Assembly (NCBI GenBank): GCA_043228905.1
Contig: JBHGNT010000016.1
Location: 16,492,001-16,556,000 of the forward strand
Source: Azolla caroliniana
Lineage: Eukaryota; Plantae; Polypodiophyta
Reading direction: 5' to 3'
DNA length: 64,000 nucleotides
This document shows, in pieces, positions 38,895 to 51,349 of the stretch; position 1 is the first letter of the stretch; every line of letters starts with the position of its first letter. The notes below the pieces were generated by a model. The model ran no database searches, was not told where the DNA came from, and saw nothing but the letters and a program-made list of their open reading frames with translations. The position numbers were made by a program, and so were the translations under genes.

Positions 38895-38966
38895 AGGGGG
38901 AGTTTGTTGGGATTTCGGTCCCTCCGGATGGGATGTCCGGGGATGAATGACAGCAAGCCCGGTTGC

Positions 38967-39068
38967 GGTTACGGAGCCGGATGATGAAGACCCCGGTTAC
39001 GGAGCCGGATGATGAAGACCCCGGTTACGGAGCCGGATGATGAAGACCCCGGTTACGGAGCCGGATGA
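38967..39068 (+). repeat. 28-bp tandem array in U3 of the D 3' LTR (3 full units plus a partial; the 5' LTR has 1 plus a partial)
   Basis: Unit GGTTACGGAGCCGGATGATGAAGACCCC; LTR lengths 644 vs 588 differ by 2 x 28. Confidence 0.95.
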
Positions 39069-41173
39069 CGAATGTACCCGGAGAGAGATCCGGATGCGGA
39101 GACATATTTGGGAATATGTTTGCCAAGAGCCCTTGAGGCTATATTTGTAAATAGCCCGAAAGTCATATGTGTATAAATATGACTTAGGGCAAACAGTTAA
39201 GTTGTTGTTGCTCATTTTCTGTTTTCCACTAAGAGGGAGCGAAGTGAGAGCAGCCGAGAGAGAGTGAGAGAGAAGGAGGAAGGAAGAGGTCGACGCCTCT
39301 GTGTAATACCGCCACCTGTGGCGTGGACAGCGAGCTCAAGGTCGTCGCCTTGCAGCTCGCCATTGTACATTCCCGCGTATAGTGATAGTTGGAGTCTTGC
39401 ACTCCCGTGGTTTTTTCCCACTTAGGGTTTTCCACGTAAAACATCCAGTGTGCCCCTCTCTCTATTGTTTTTTCGTGCATTGTTGAATTTCCCGTTTTCT
39501 GTGAATCGATCCTGTTCCTCGGTTGTGGCTGAGCTCGGAATTCCGACAGTAACAATATGCCAGTCAATGCATCCTCTTGATTGATGAAAGTGAACCAGAG
39601 TGCAATGATGAAGCCATTGTTGATGAGCACAGAGAGAAATGGCTGAGTGCGATGCAAGATGATATGGACTCCTTGCATGAAAACTACACCTACGACCTAG
39701 TAGAGTTGTTGAAAGGTAAGAGAGCACTGAGGAACAAATGGGTCTACAAGGTAAAGACAGGAGAAGCCGACAACACGCCCAGGTATAAAGCCCGTATAGT
39801 GGTGAAGGGGTTTCAACAGAAAAAGGGCATCAACTTCGACGAGATATTCGCACCAGTCGTGAAAATGACATCCATCCGAACTATTCTGAGCATAGCTGCT
39901 AGGATGAACTTGGAGATCAAACATCTGGATGTCAAAATGGCATTCTTACATGGGAAGCTGGATGAAGATATTTACATGCAGCAACCCAAGGGCTTTGTAG
40001 AGAAAGGGAAAGAGAACCTGGTATGTCGACTGAAGAAAAGCTTGTATGGTTTGAAACAAGCTCCACGCCAATGTTTCAAGAAGTTTGAATCCTTCATGGT
40101 GGAACATGGGTTCTAAATAACACAGGCTGATCATTGTGTGTTCGTAAAAAGGTACAACGATGGAAACTTCTTGATTCTCTTGTTATATGTGGATGACATG
40201 TTGATAGTCGGTAAAGATACAAAGAAAATCGGAAGCTTGAAGAAAACTCTGCGCAAATCTTTTGCCATGAAAGATCTTGGACTGGCTAAACAAATCTTGA
40301 GGATGCACATAGTTTGAGACAAAACTAAGAAGTTGCTATGGTTGTCAAAAGAGAAGTACGTGAAGAAAATCCTTGAAAGATTCAACATGTCGAATGCAAA
40401 GCCGGTTGGCTTGGTGTTTGCCAACAAACAACAGGTTGAATGCTAAACAATGCCTGAAAGGGGAGAAAGAAAAGGCTGAGATGAGGAAACTACCATATGC
40501 CTCAACCGTCGGCAATCTTATGTATGCTATGGTTTGCACAAGCCAGACATAGCATTTGTTGTGGGAGCAGTAAGCCGATATATGAGTAATCCAAGAAGAG
40601 AACACTGGGCAACAATGAAATGGATACTGAGGTGCTTGAAAAGCACCTCGCAGGTATGCCTTAGGTATGGTGTTGGAAAACCTATGCTCAAAGGATTTAC
40701 CGACTCAAACATGTCGGGGGATGTAGAGTCAAGTCGATCCACATCAGGATATGTGTTGACTTATGCAAGGGGAGCAGTGTTGTGGCAATCATGACTGCAG
40801 AAATCTGTAGCCTTGTCGACTATAGAGGCGGAGTATATGGCAGCGGTAGACGCCAACAAAGAGCTAATTTGGATGAGAAATTTCCTCAGTGAGTTGGGAA
40901 TGAAGCAAAGGGATTTTTTGCTTCATTGTGACAGCCTGAGTGCCATACATCTAGCCAAGAATGTTGCATACCACTCCCAGACTAAGCATATACAAAGGAG
41001 GTATCACTGGTTGCGGGAGAAAGTCGAAGAAGGAGAGTTTACTCTCTTAAAGATCCATACCGACGAAAATGGATCCAACATGATGACTAAGAGCCTGCCA
41101 ATGGATAGACTTAGAGTTTGTCGACAGAGGACCGAACTAACTTACTCCCTCGCACTGGAGTGAAGGGGGAGTT

Positions 41174-41726
41174 TGTTGGGAATATGTCCCTCCAGTGGGC
41201 AAAGCTGACTGATCGAGCCGACCAGAGCCGAAAATTGAAGACAAGGAGGAGCCGACTGTTCGGAAGTAGCTGACAGTCGAAGAGTCGACAATAGAGAGTC
41301 AGCTATTAAACTGCTTATTATTATTATAGTTAATAGTAATAGCAATGATATGTATCCGTGGCTCCATTTGTAAACAATCCATATAGGGTATGAGTATAAA
41401 TACACTTAGGGCAATACTTTTATATGTGTGTGTAGCTGTAGAAACAGTTGGTGAGCGAGAGAACAAGAGTGAGTGAGAGCGGTGCTACAGCTATGTGTGT
41501 GCAGCTATAGATGACAAGAGCCATGTGTGGCAACTACACTCGACAAAAAGAGTGTTGTAATCCTCTCCAGATTGTATACCCACTATATAGTGAAGATTCG
41601 TTCTCCCGTGGTTTTCTCCCGTTTTAGGCTTTCCACGTTAAATCTATGTGCACTATTTTGCTAGTGAGTCTGTGTTGTGTAATTCAGGGCATTTGTTTTC
41701 GTGGATTCACAATTTGATTCTCTACA
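41174..41726 (+). repeat. 3' LTR of Copia B2
   Basis: Follows PPT GAAGGGGGAG; TG..CA ends; related to 2403-3274. Confidence 0.8.
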
Positions 41727-41869
41727 TGAGAGACAAATAGAGAGAGACCTCAGAAGAAGAAGCTATATTAGTGAAAATATAATTACATCCAGCAATAACT
41801 AAGTTACAAAATGTTGGTTTAAATACCAACTAATTTAGGGCAAATACCGATTCAAACAAGACATAAGAT

Positions 41870-42510
41870 GAATTGGAGATAGTCGATTCAATCGAGGAGT
41901 TTGATTCGGGAGAGCCGAGTTGTATGACGAGCAAGCGGAGGAGAGGGCAGCCGAAGCCAAACATCAAAACGAAGGATTAGACGTGTCAAGGGGCACCGAT
42001 GTCATGACAACGAAGGAGCTGAGATGAGCCCGACAAGCAGACAAGCCAACCGTAAGGGTCGAGGTGCAAAGAACTAAATGAGTCAAAGGTGCCTTGGACC
42101 TTAGGGATCATGGGATGAAGAACTAGACTGAACATGCAATGTGAGCTAGGTGGGAGGATGCTAGAAGGAGTCGGTTACAAAGACTGGCTACATCTAACAG
42201 AATGGACCGACGTCAAGTTGAGCTTCAGGGGGAGCGTTGAGCAAGCACACTCAACATGGGTCCAACTAGCTAGACAAGCTGGTAGGTAAGACCGGAGTCA
42301 ATCTTGTTGGCTAGGCCAAGTTTCTGGACTAGATGCTAGATCAACTATAAAAGCTAGATACCAGATCCGGATGATGGACCGGCTGAGGACGCCGTCCAGA
42401 ACGTCGCACATGCCAACCTATTTTATTAAATAGGTCCAACGTAGGCAATTAGTGTCAAATGCTTCTTTAAGAGCATTGAAGTACATGTCAGTACTTCTTA
42501 ACCTTTTTAT
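41870..42510 (+). mobile_element. Old Copia family A remnant (basic tail, PPT, partial LTR from 42235)
   Basis: CAAGTTGAGCTTCAGGGGGAG-CGTTGAGC junction and GAGCATTGAAGTACAT LTR motif shared with the other A copies. Confidence 0.6.
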
Positions 42511-43890
42511 AGGTAGTTTGTATTGTAGTATTCTATACACGAGGACAACACTGTGAGAGTTGACCGAGAGTGTAAAGATGGGAGGATTACTTTTAATCCT
42601 AGGGATTGAGATAACCCTTAACAGCCATGTGTGAACTTGTCTAGGGGCCTTAGGCCTGCTTATAAACATGAAGCCTACCTATCCTCATGGAAGACATTAT
42701 TCGACTATTCGACTATGTTGAAACTGTGATTTTGTGGTTAACAAACTATTGTGGGGAGCGCACACCGGTACCATGTATGATTCAATGCCATGGTGGTGGT
42801 ATAGGATACAATACAAGGAATCGGGTCCTTCACAATCCCTTCAGTCAAGGGAGGTTGAGTGAATTGACACTCCTCATTCTCTCTGTTTCTCTTTACAATC
42901 TTTTATCTATTTCCTTATTTTATGCCGACATTAAAAATACTCTCTAATATGTGGCATTAGAGTGACTTTCCTATGTTTCTTTTGTTGATTTTTGTTTTCT
43001 TTTTTATTCTGATCAATCGATGTTCGTCTGAGGGTTGATCCAGAAAGTCATTCACAAAAGAACTTCAGTATTTCCTTTTTTTCATCAAAAAAAATAATAT
43101 TTTTATTCTTTCTTCTCTCATTCTTAAAACATGTTTAGTTCAACTATGTTGTATTGGTCATATTTATAAAACATACATAAATTATGTATATGTATGTGTT
43201 TTATGTCGTTATTGCGTATTACATATGTTATTACATTTGATATGACGTCAATACCTCAATTGTGTATTACCTACGCTTATATATTTTGGATGTTGTATGT
43301 GCGTAGAGGCTACATGCGTGGATAACATTATTCATTTGTTTATGTTTTGTTAATGATTTTTTTGTATATTCATCTTTAAAAACTTTCCTAACTTTTCATT
43401 ACAAGAGTGTGATATTTTAAAGAGGAGAGTATGTTACACGCATTACTATAATTATATCATGTGGTAACTTGTATTGTAGTATTCTACAAGTGAGGATAAA
43501 AGCGTGAGAGTTAATTGAGAGTGTAAAGAATGGAGGACTATTTTTAATCCTAAGGATTGAGACAACCGATAAGGCTAAGTGCGAACTTGCCTGGAGGCCT
43601 TAGGTTTGGTTATAAATATGAGGCCTAGATATCCTCATGGAAGACATTATTCGATTATGTTGAGACTGTAATCTTGTAGTGAATCAACTCTTCTGGCGAG
43701 CGTGTGCCAATACTAAGTAAGACTCAATGTCATGGTAGTGGTATGGGACGCCATTCAAGGCTTGGGTGTGTCTCAATTCCCTCACTCGGGGGTGGTCGGG
43801 TTATTTGACACCGTTCTTTCTCTCTCTTTCTCTTTACAATCTTTTATCTATTTCTTTATTTTATGCTTAGACTAGAAATAATCTCTAACA
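42511..43890 (+). mobile_element. Small non-coding LTR element (TRIM-like or internally deleted), old
   Basis: Diverged direct repeats ~42511-42949 and 43432-43890; degenerate PBS TGGCATTAGAG at 42952; purine tract AAGAGGAGAG before TG at 43432; ~480-bp AT-rich interior. Confidence 0.65.
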
Positions 43891-45971
43891 AGAAGCCATG
43901 GGCTCAAGGTGAAGCACGACATTGTTTATCCATCCTCGTGACAACATTTAGTACACCAATTAGATACATTCCATCTATTATAGCCAATGCTTGAATCCAA
44001 TTCATATATGATGAAGAGTCGTGACAAAGAACATCCCTATGTAATCTTCACGCCAAAGAATGACATCCCAATTGAACTCCCAATCGTCATTGCGATGCAA
44101 ATAAGCACGTCCACTTCAAACTCACTCATAATTGAATGATATTCTACGAGGAAACATTCCTTTTGCTTTGTTGAGATGAAGATGTGTGGACTCTTTGAAT
44201 GTTGTTGAATCAACACACCATTACACTATGAGGAGCACAAGTGTATTTCCTAAACATACTGCGTAATAATCACACACAAAGTATAAACGTTCACAAGCAT
44301 ACTTGTACAAACTAAAGAGGGAAGATCGCATGAATCATGATTGACACCAACATGCCCATTCAAATTTCGTAATCCTTCATGGAAAAAGCCATCAACTCCA
44401 TCTCCTCAAGTTCAAGTTCGTACATCATTCACACCCTTCTCATCAGTTCTCCCGTCATCAACTTTATATGTGTGTAAATGTGTGTTGTGGTTGTCTAATT
44501 GAGTAAATATGGTTGTGCAATGTCCAAATGTACATGCTAATATATATGTGTATGACGTGATGTTTTTATTAGTAAATGATGGTAACACAATATCACTATG
44601 CATTGTATATGTTTCACTAGAAATGTGAGCATTAATTTGTCTATCTAAGTGTGTAGTTTATGTGAATTTAAACATGGGTTTTAAGTGTCTAGTGGTCTTG
44701 GGATGAGTGTTTAAGTTTCTCGAAGAGATGAGGAAGCTTTACATAGGAGTTTTGATATTTTCATCGGGGAACAAATTAGCATTCCAAATAAACGGAAAGA
44801 CCCTTGTAGATCTTGGACATAAATATTTAACCCCAAAATATGATGAGAAAACAGCATAAGAGAAAATATGGTTCAACTTTCTCTTTTCTTGCTCAAAAAA
44901 TGAATTAATATTTAAATGGGCAAGTGGTTGGTTAGGAAACGTGCAAAGCTCCTAAGCCCGTAAAGATGGCATTCTAGCCAAGGTCAATTTTATCGCTGAC
45001 AATAGAGAGGTCATGAAAGAAGCTCATTTTGTTCTTAAACTTCAAGGAATTTGTGTGGAACTGGAAATAGATATTGGCCAAGTGAATCATATGTAATTAG
45101 CCAATTTATACTAATGAGATGTGTCATGCTACTTGATTGCCCAATATTGACGAGAAATTATGTGTATGTAGGAGAAAAAGGTAGGGAAACCTGAATCCGT
45201 GTGAGACTTACGGCTCAATGTCGAGCCTATAGGCTTGGTTCCTATAGAGTTTGGTGAGAAGGATCCATGTTTATTTGCTCTTGAGTAACCCTTCATTCGG
45301 GTGGTTTGTAGCATGAAATGATGGCCATCCATGGTGTAGGCTTAGGTGTGCATATTCATTTTTATTATCATTGTAGATTCTCAACTATTTGCTTTCTAGT
45401 TAGGGGGCATCTATATCATTCATTACGTACATAGAATAGTTTGAACTATTGACTCTTTAGTCCCTTTCAGCCCATGACAAGAACTCCAGCTTTCCCACAC
45501 ACCCAATTAAATGTTTATCTTTGTGACATTTACGGGTTTCTGACTCAATTTACCCAAGTCCTTATTATGTCAGTTGTATTAATAAGAGATTTAATCATTT
45601 CAACAACTTCTGAAGTTATTTACAATATTGTTTAGTGGAGTTTGATAACTTCCACAAATGCAAAGGCTATTTCAGAAATTATTGCAAGTTAATATAGAAT
45701 GTGCCATTGCTTGTAAAATAGCTTATATGAATTATTATTACCTAAACTTAATAGATTTGACAATAAGTTCAATAGCATGTTATGATTTCATCATTAATAT
45801 CATCAATAGTTCAAATTCACAGAAGACCAAAGCTTGAGCAATTTGGCTTTTCGAAATATGATCAGGTGATTTACATACATGGACAATTAGTTGATGAACC
45901 AAAGAAATATGCATGTTATGTATGTCTTATATATATGTTTTTCTTTATGTGTATATATATAATATATATAT

Positions 45972-46216
45972 GGGAAAAGTACCAGGATACCCCTGGAAGT
46001 TCGTCTATTAGAATGCCCCTGGAAGTTCCAAATTTACCAAACTACCCCTATGTCCAAAAAATTACACTTTATAAAATAATAATACACTCAAAACTTTGGT
46101 AAATAAGGCTAGTTCGGGTCCATTTTTTGGACATAGGGGTAATTTGGTAAATTTGGAACTTCCAGGGGCATTCTGGTAAATAGACAAACTTCCAAGGGTA
46201 TCCTAGCACTTTTCCC
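45972..46216. mobile_element. Mutator-like MITE
   Basis: ~90-bp imperfect terminal inverted repeats GGGAAAAGT...ACTTTTCCC; 9-bp flanks TATATATAT / TATATACAT; no coding capacity. Confidence 0.85.
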
Positions 46217-46859
46217 TATATACATATATATATAGACACATCTACATACAAAATACGCATAAACTTTTTATGGGTATGTGATGTATCATATGTTTACACA
46301 TTTGAAGGAGTATCCTTCAAAACATCTAAGTTTGAAGTTTAGATTGACATATGATTGCCCCCTTAATAATGCAAATGGTGAGTGACAACAATTGAATTAT
46401 GTTTGGCAAAATATAAGATGGTTGGGATGAACATAACACAATCATTCACCACATAACTTTCTTCGTCAACCACTTGGATGATTCTTCAAAATGCAGTATG
46501 CTTCGATAACAAGAAATCAACACTTTCAAGCCTAACAATCTTATTAAATTGCCGAGAAATAAATCCATTATTATTTTCATTATTTATTATCCATGCCCTA
46601 AACATAAACTCCCTCACTATTGAGACCTTGTATTCATTGTAATAATTTATGATGACCACACCACGCCAATGATCAATGTACATTAGTCATCACATAAGTT
46701 CTACTTATACTCAAACTTCATGATTTCTTTTTTCATGAAAACTAAACTGAAGGAAAATAGAGCAAAGTACTTAACTAATAACCACACACAGTTTTAAGAA
46801 ATTACTGAATATCTCTCCATAATACAGAAACATTTAAAAACTTATAGTTACTCTACAGA

Positions 46860-47006
46860 GTACCCAACACAGTTGTGTTGTATTATTGTGCCCTCCGTTA
46901 ACTTTGTGATGAGCTAATCAAAACTTATGGTTAGTCTACAATGTACCCAACACAGTGGTGTTGTATTATTGTGCCCTCCATTTAACTTTGTGATGTACTA
47001 ATCAAA
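46860..47006. repeat. ~83-bp tandem duplication just 3' of the AKR stop codon
   Basis: GTACCCAACACAGT.GTGTTGTATTATTGTGCCCTCC occurs at 46860 and 46943. Confidence 0.85.
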
Positions 47007-47113
47007 GAGGACATTTCACCATTATTGAGATAAACCGGGCTCCAATGCAATTGGCTCATGATGATTTGTGGAAGATGTACAAATGAACCATGTGCAAGAA
47101 ACATTGTCCCAAG

Positions 47114-48789
<1,676 letters not shown>

Positions 48790-50330
48790 AGTTGCTGCTA
48801 CAGTAACCGATCACTCTACCAATCCTCGTATTTGTTTGGAACAATCGATCCCAACTCACAACTATATATTACATCGCCGCCTCTCAAGTACATAAATGCA
48901 ACTAGCCAGTCAAACAATGATAAACGCAAATACTTTGGAACACAAGCAAACACCAATTTGTTTCTCTAAGAGGATAAAGAGAACCGTCAAAAACTGTTTT
49001 CATAAACCAAAATTTGTCCTTGACTCTACCTCACTTTAGATTGGAGTCTCTTCATTAGAAACATAGAGCTCGCAGATATCCTAACTTTGTAAATTTTTTG
49101 TCACAATTTGTATTTCAAAATCATGAACATGACCCTCATCGTGCGTTCATGCCATTAACAGTGATTCAAAGTTGGTCGGTCCACATCCCAAATTGAACAC
49201 AATTACTGGTTTCCTATTTGATAATGTCGAAAGGAAAATTGTCCCTATTGCGCAAGAAAGATGAAGAGTGGTTGTAGGGACCCATAGTTATGCTTATAGT
49301 GTTCAAGGGTGAGTTAGGTGGAGACATGTGTTCATATTTCAATCACATCTCATCGGATTAATCTGCTCTAACAACTCATATCTTCAAAAATTTTAAAACC
49401 TCACAAGTCCAAAGTAAACTTTCCAACTCTAAATTTCCTCCATCCTTGAGCCCCAAGATTCCCAAGAAATCAAAAACTCAAACCATCCACTAATCGAAAA
49501 AACAAAACCTAAAAACACTAGCCTAGACATTTTATAAGACTTTGGAGCTTTCTTGTCCATTAGTTGAGTTTGTATTTGTATTCATATCTATGGAGGGGAC
49601 TTGGTTCGATGTGCCTGCATATGATATTTATGGTCTTAAGTGAGATTTGAACCTACACCTTTAGTTTGGAGTCTAGACAACAATGTATTCTAACAAATTG
49701 AAATAATATCTCTTCATTCTTCATATCTTTTATGCATATTGATTTTGATCATTCTAGATTCTCAACTATTTGCTTTCTGATTAGGAGGTATTCATATCAT
49801 CTTTACAAAAAATAATTTGAACTTTGGACCTTTGTGTCATTTGAGAGCCCATGAGTCATGACAAGACCTCCAACTTTGCCACAACACCCCATTAAATGTT
49901 TATGTTTGTGACATTTGTGGTGGCTTTATCATGATAGTTGTATCAATATGATATTTAATCATTTCAACAATGTTAGAATCAACCTACAACATTGTACAAT
50001 TGAGTTTGAAAGTTTCCACAAATGAAACATCATTTGTTAAATTTAAGAAAAAAGAAATTATTAATGGAAGAGACTTAAATTATCTTCCATTGAAAGGGTC
50101 AGAGATGGATGTAGTATTATTTTATACCCTAAGAGTATAGATCAAACCCAAAACAATTTATTAACAAGAGAAGCATAAATTCTAATGTATAGCATATCAT
50201 AATCACGCCACGCAAATTATCAATGTGTATTAGCCATCACATAAGTTTTACTTATACTCGAACTTTGGCATTGCATTTATTTTTCCTTCATTTTCCCTCA
50301 CCCTCATCCGTATCCATATAGATTTCTATA

Positions 50331-50854
50331 TGTAAATGTTAACGTGTGGAAGCTTATAACAAACCGACTCAGCCAAATAGCAACAGAACTCAAATACAGG
50401 TTTAATGGAACCTCGTGAACACATAGTGCACACAGGAAGAGACAAAGAGAGCAGAACATAAACTCTATATTCAAAAAATAACACTCTGTACATACATCGT
50501 GCTTCCACAACACTATTTATATGAGTCCTTAAAAGGACTAACAGAAGTACTTATGTACTTCAATGCTCATACGAGCGGCTGGCACTAACTATGAAGATAA
50601 TGACTACCTAGTTGTCTAAAAGCATAGGCCCCTAATAGCCTTTCGTTTCACACTTGATCCGGCTCTCTGATCCGGATACAATCAGGCTGAAGCTTGTACA
50701 GTCGATCCGGATCCGGTTGAGCTTGTCCACCCAACACTCCCCCTCAAGCTCAAGTTGAGGTCGGATCGTGGTATTAGTGTTTGTGGTAGCCGGTCCTTTC
50801 CTCCGGCTCCTTCTAGCGTCCTCTCACCTTACTCGCGCTCCTTGTCCAGTCCGG
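50331..50854 (-). mobile_element. Copia family A 3' end (LTR 50331-50736, PPT, end of the basic tail)
   Basis: TG..CA LTR related to 604-994 and 53998-54440; GAGGGGGAG PPT; homology stops abruptly at 50854. Confidence 0.8.
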
Positions 50855-51232
50855 TGTCGCGTTGTTACGTGCGTGCGTGTAGAAGGGGCGGGACCACGGG
50901 GGTCTTGGACTAGGGAGTGGAGGAGGAAGAATAAGACCAAAAATGGAAGTTTAGCTCAAGACGAGGTGAGAAAGAATAAGACAATAAAATAGAATAGACG
51001 GGCAAGATGCTCAACAAGTTAGGTTAAGGAAACATGAACCTTTACAATGGTGGCCGCCATGGCTGCACCAAACGACTATGAGAAAAACCCTAAAGGAAAA
51101 CCCTAACCGAAACCCTAAAACCGAATAGGAAACCCTCGACCTAAGTGGTATGCCTCTCTCCCTCAAAATAGGCAACCCCTCATAAGTGACCCCTCCCTTC
51201 CTTTTATAGCCCAAGGAAGGGGGGACATTACA
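50855..51232 (-). repeat. Putative LTR of an unclassified element
   Basis: Minus strand TGTAATGTCCCC...CGCGACA, TATAAAA near 51202-51208, purine tract at ~51247-51260; no second copy in the window. Confidence 0.4.
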
Positions 51233-51349
51233 ATGTGGGATAAAATTCCCCTCTTCTTTCTACATACCATTTCCTAGTATACATGTGCACATATTGCACA
51301 CCATCGATTTGCCCATTCCACCCCGGTTTCACACTATAGCTGGAAATCT

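Larger units (their letters stand above)
34202..39548 (+). mobile_element. Copia element D, full length, very recent
   Basis: LTRs 34202-34789 and 38905-39548; perfect TSD GTAAC (34197-34201, 39549-39553); PBS at 34793-34804; PPT GAAGGGGGAG. Confidence 0.97.
18064..39554 (+). mobile_element. Non-chromovirus Ty3/Gypsy element E with an extra 3' ORF; degenerate; hosts Copia C and D
   Basis: Truncated 5' LTR ~18064-18383 matches 3' LTR 33693-34201 (last base displaced to 39554); PBS-like TGGCACGC at 18388; PPT near 33669-33690; gag, PR, RT, RH, INT order. Confidence 0.88.
5397..41726 (+). mobile_element. Copia family B copy B2, host element split into 5397-7276, 17679-~18063 and 39555-41726
   Basis: gag, CYYCGNPGHFLKDC, protease WVIDS and INT up to YMHVP(K); resumes KDQRSKLDSKSK at 17681; resumes YASQCILLIDESEP at 39556; then RT, RNase H, PPT and 3' LTR. 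No 5' LTR; many stops. Confidence 0.85.

Noticed and set aside
43900-45330. Possible decayed coding sequence between the TRIM-like element and the AKR flank
   Set aside because: Short open stretches with no motif I can recognise; would need a translated search.
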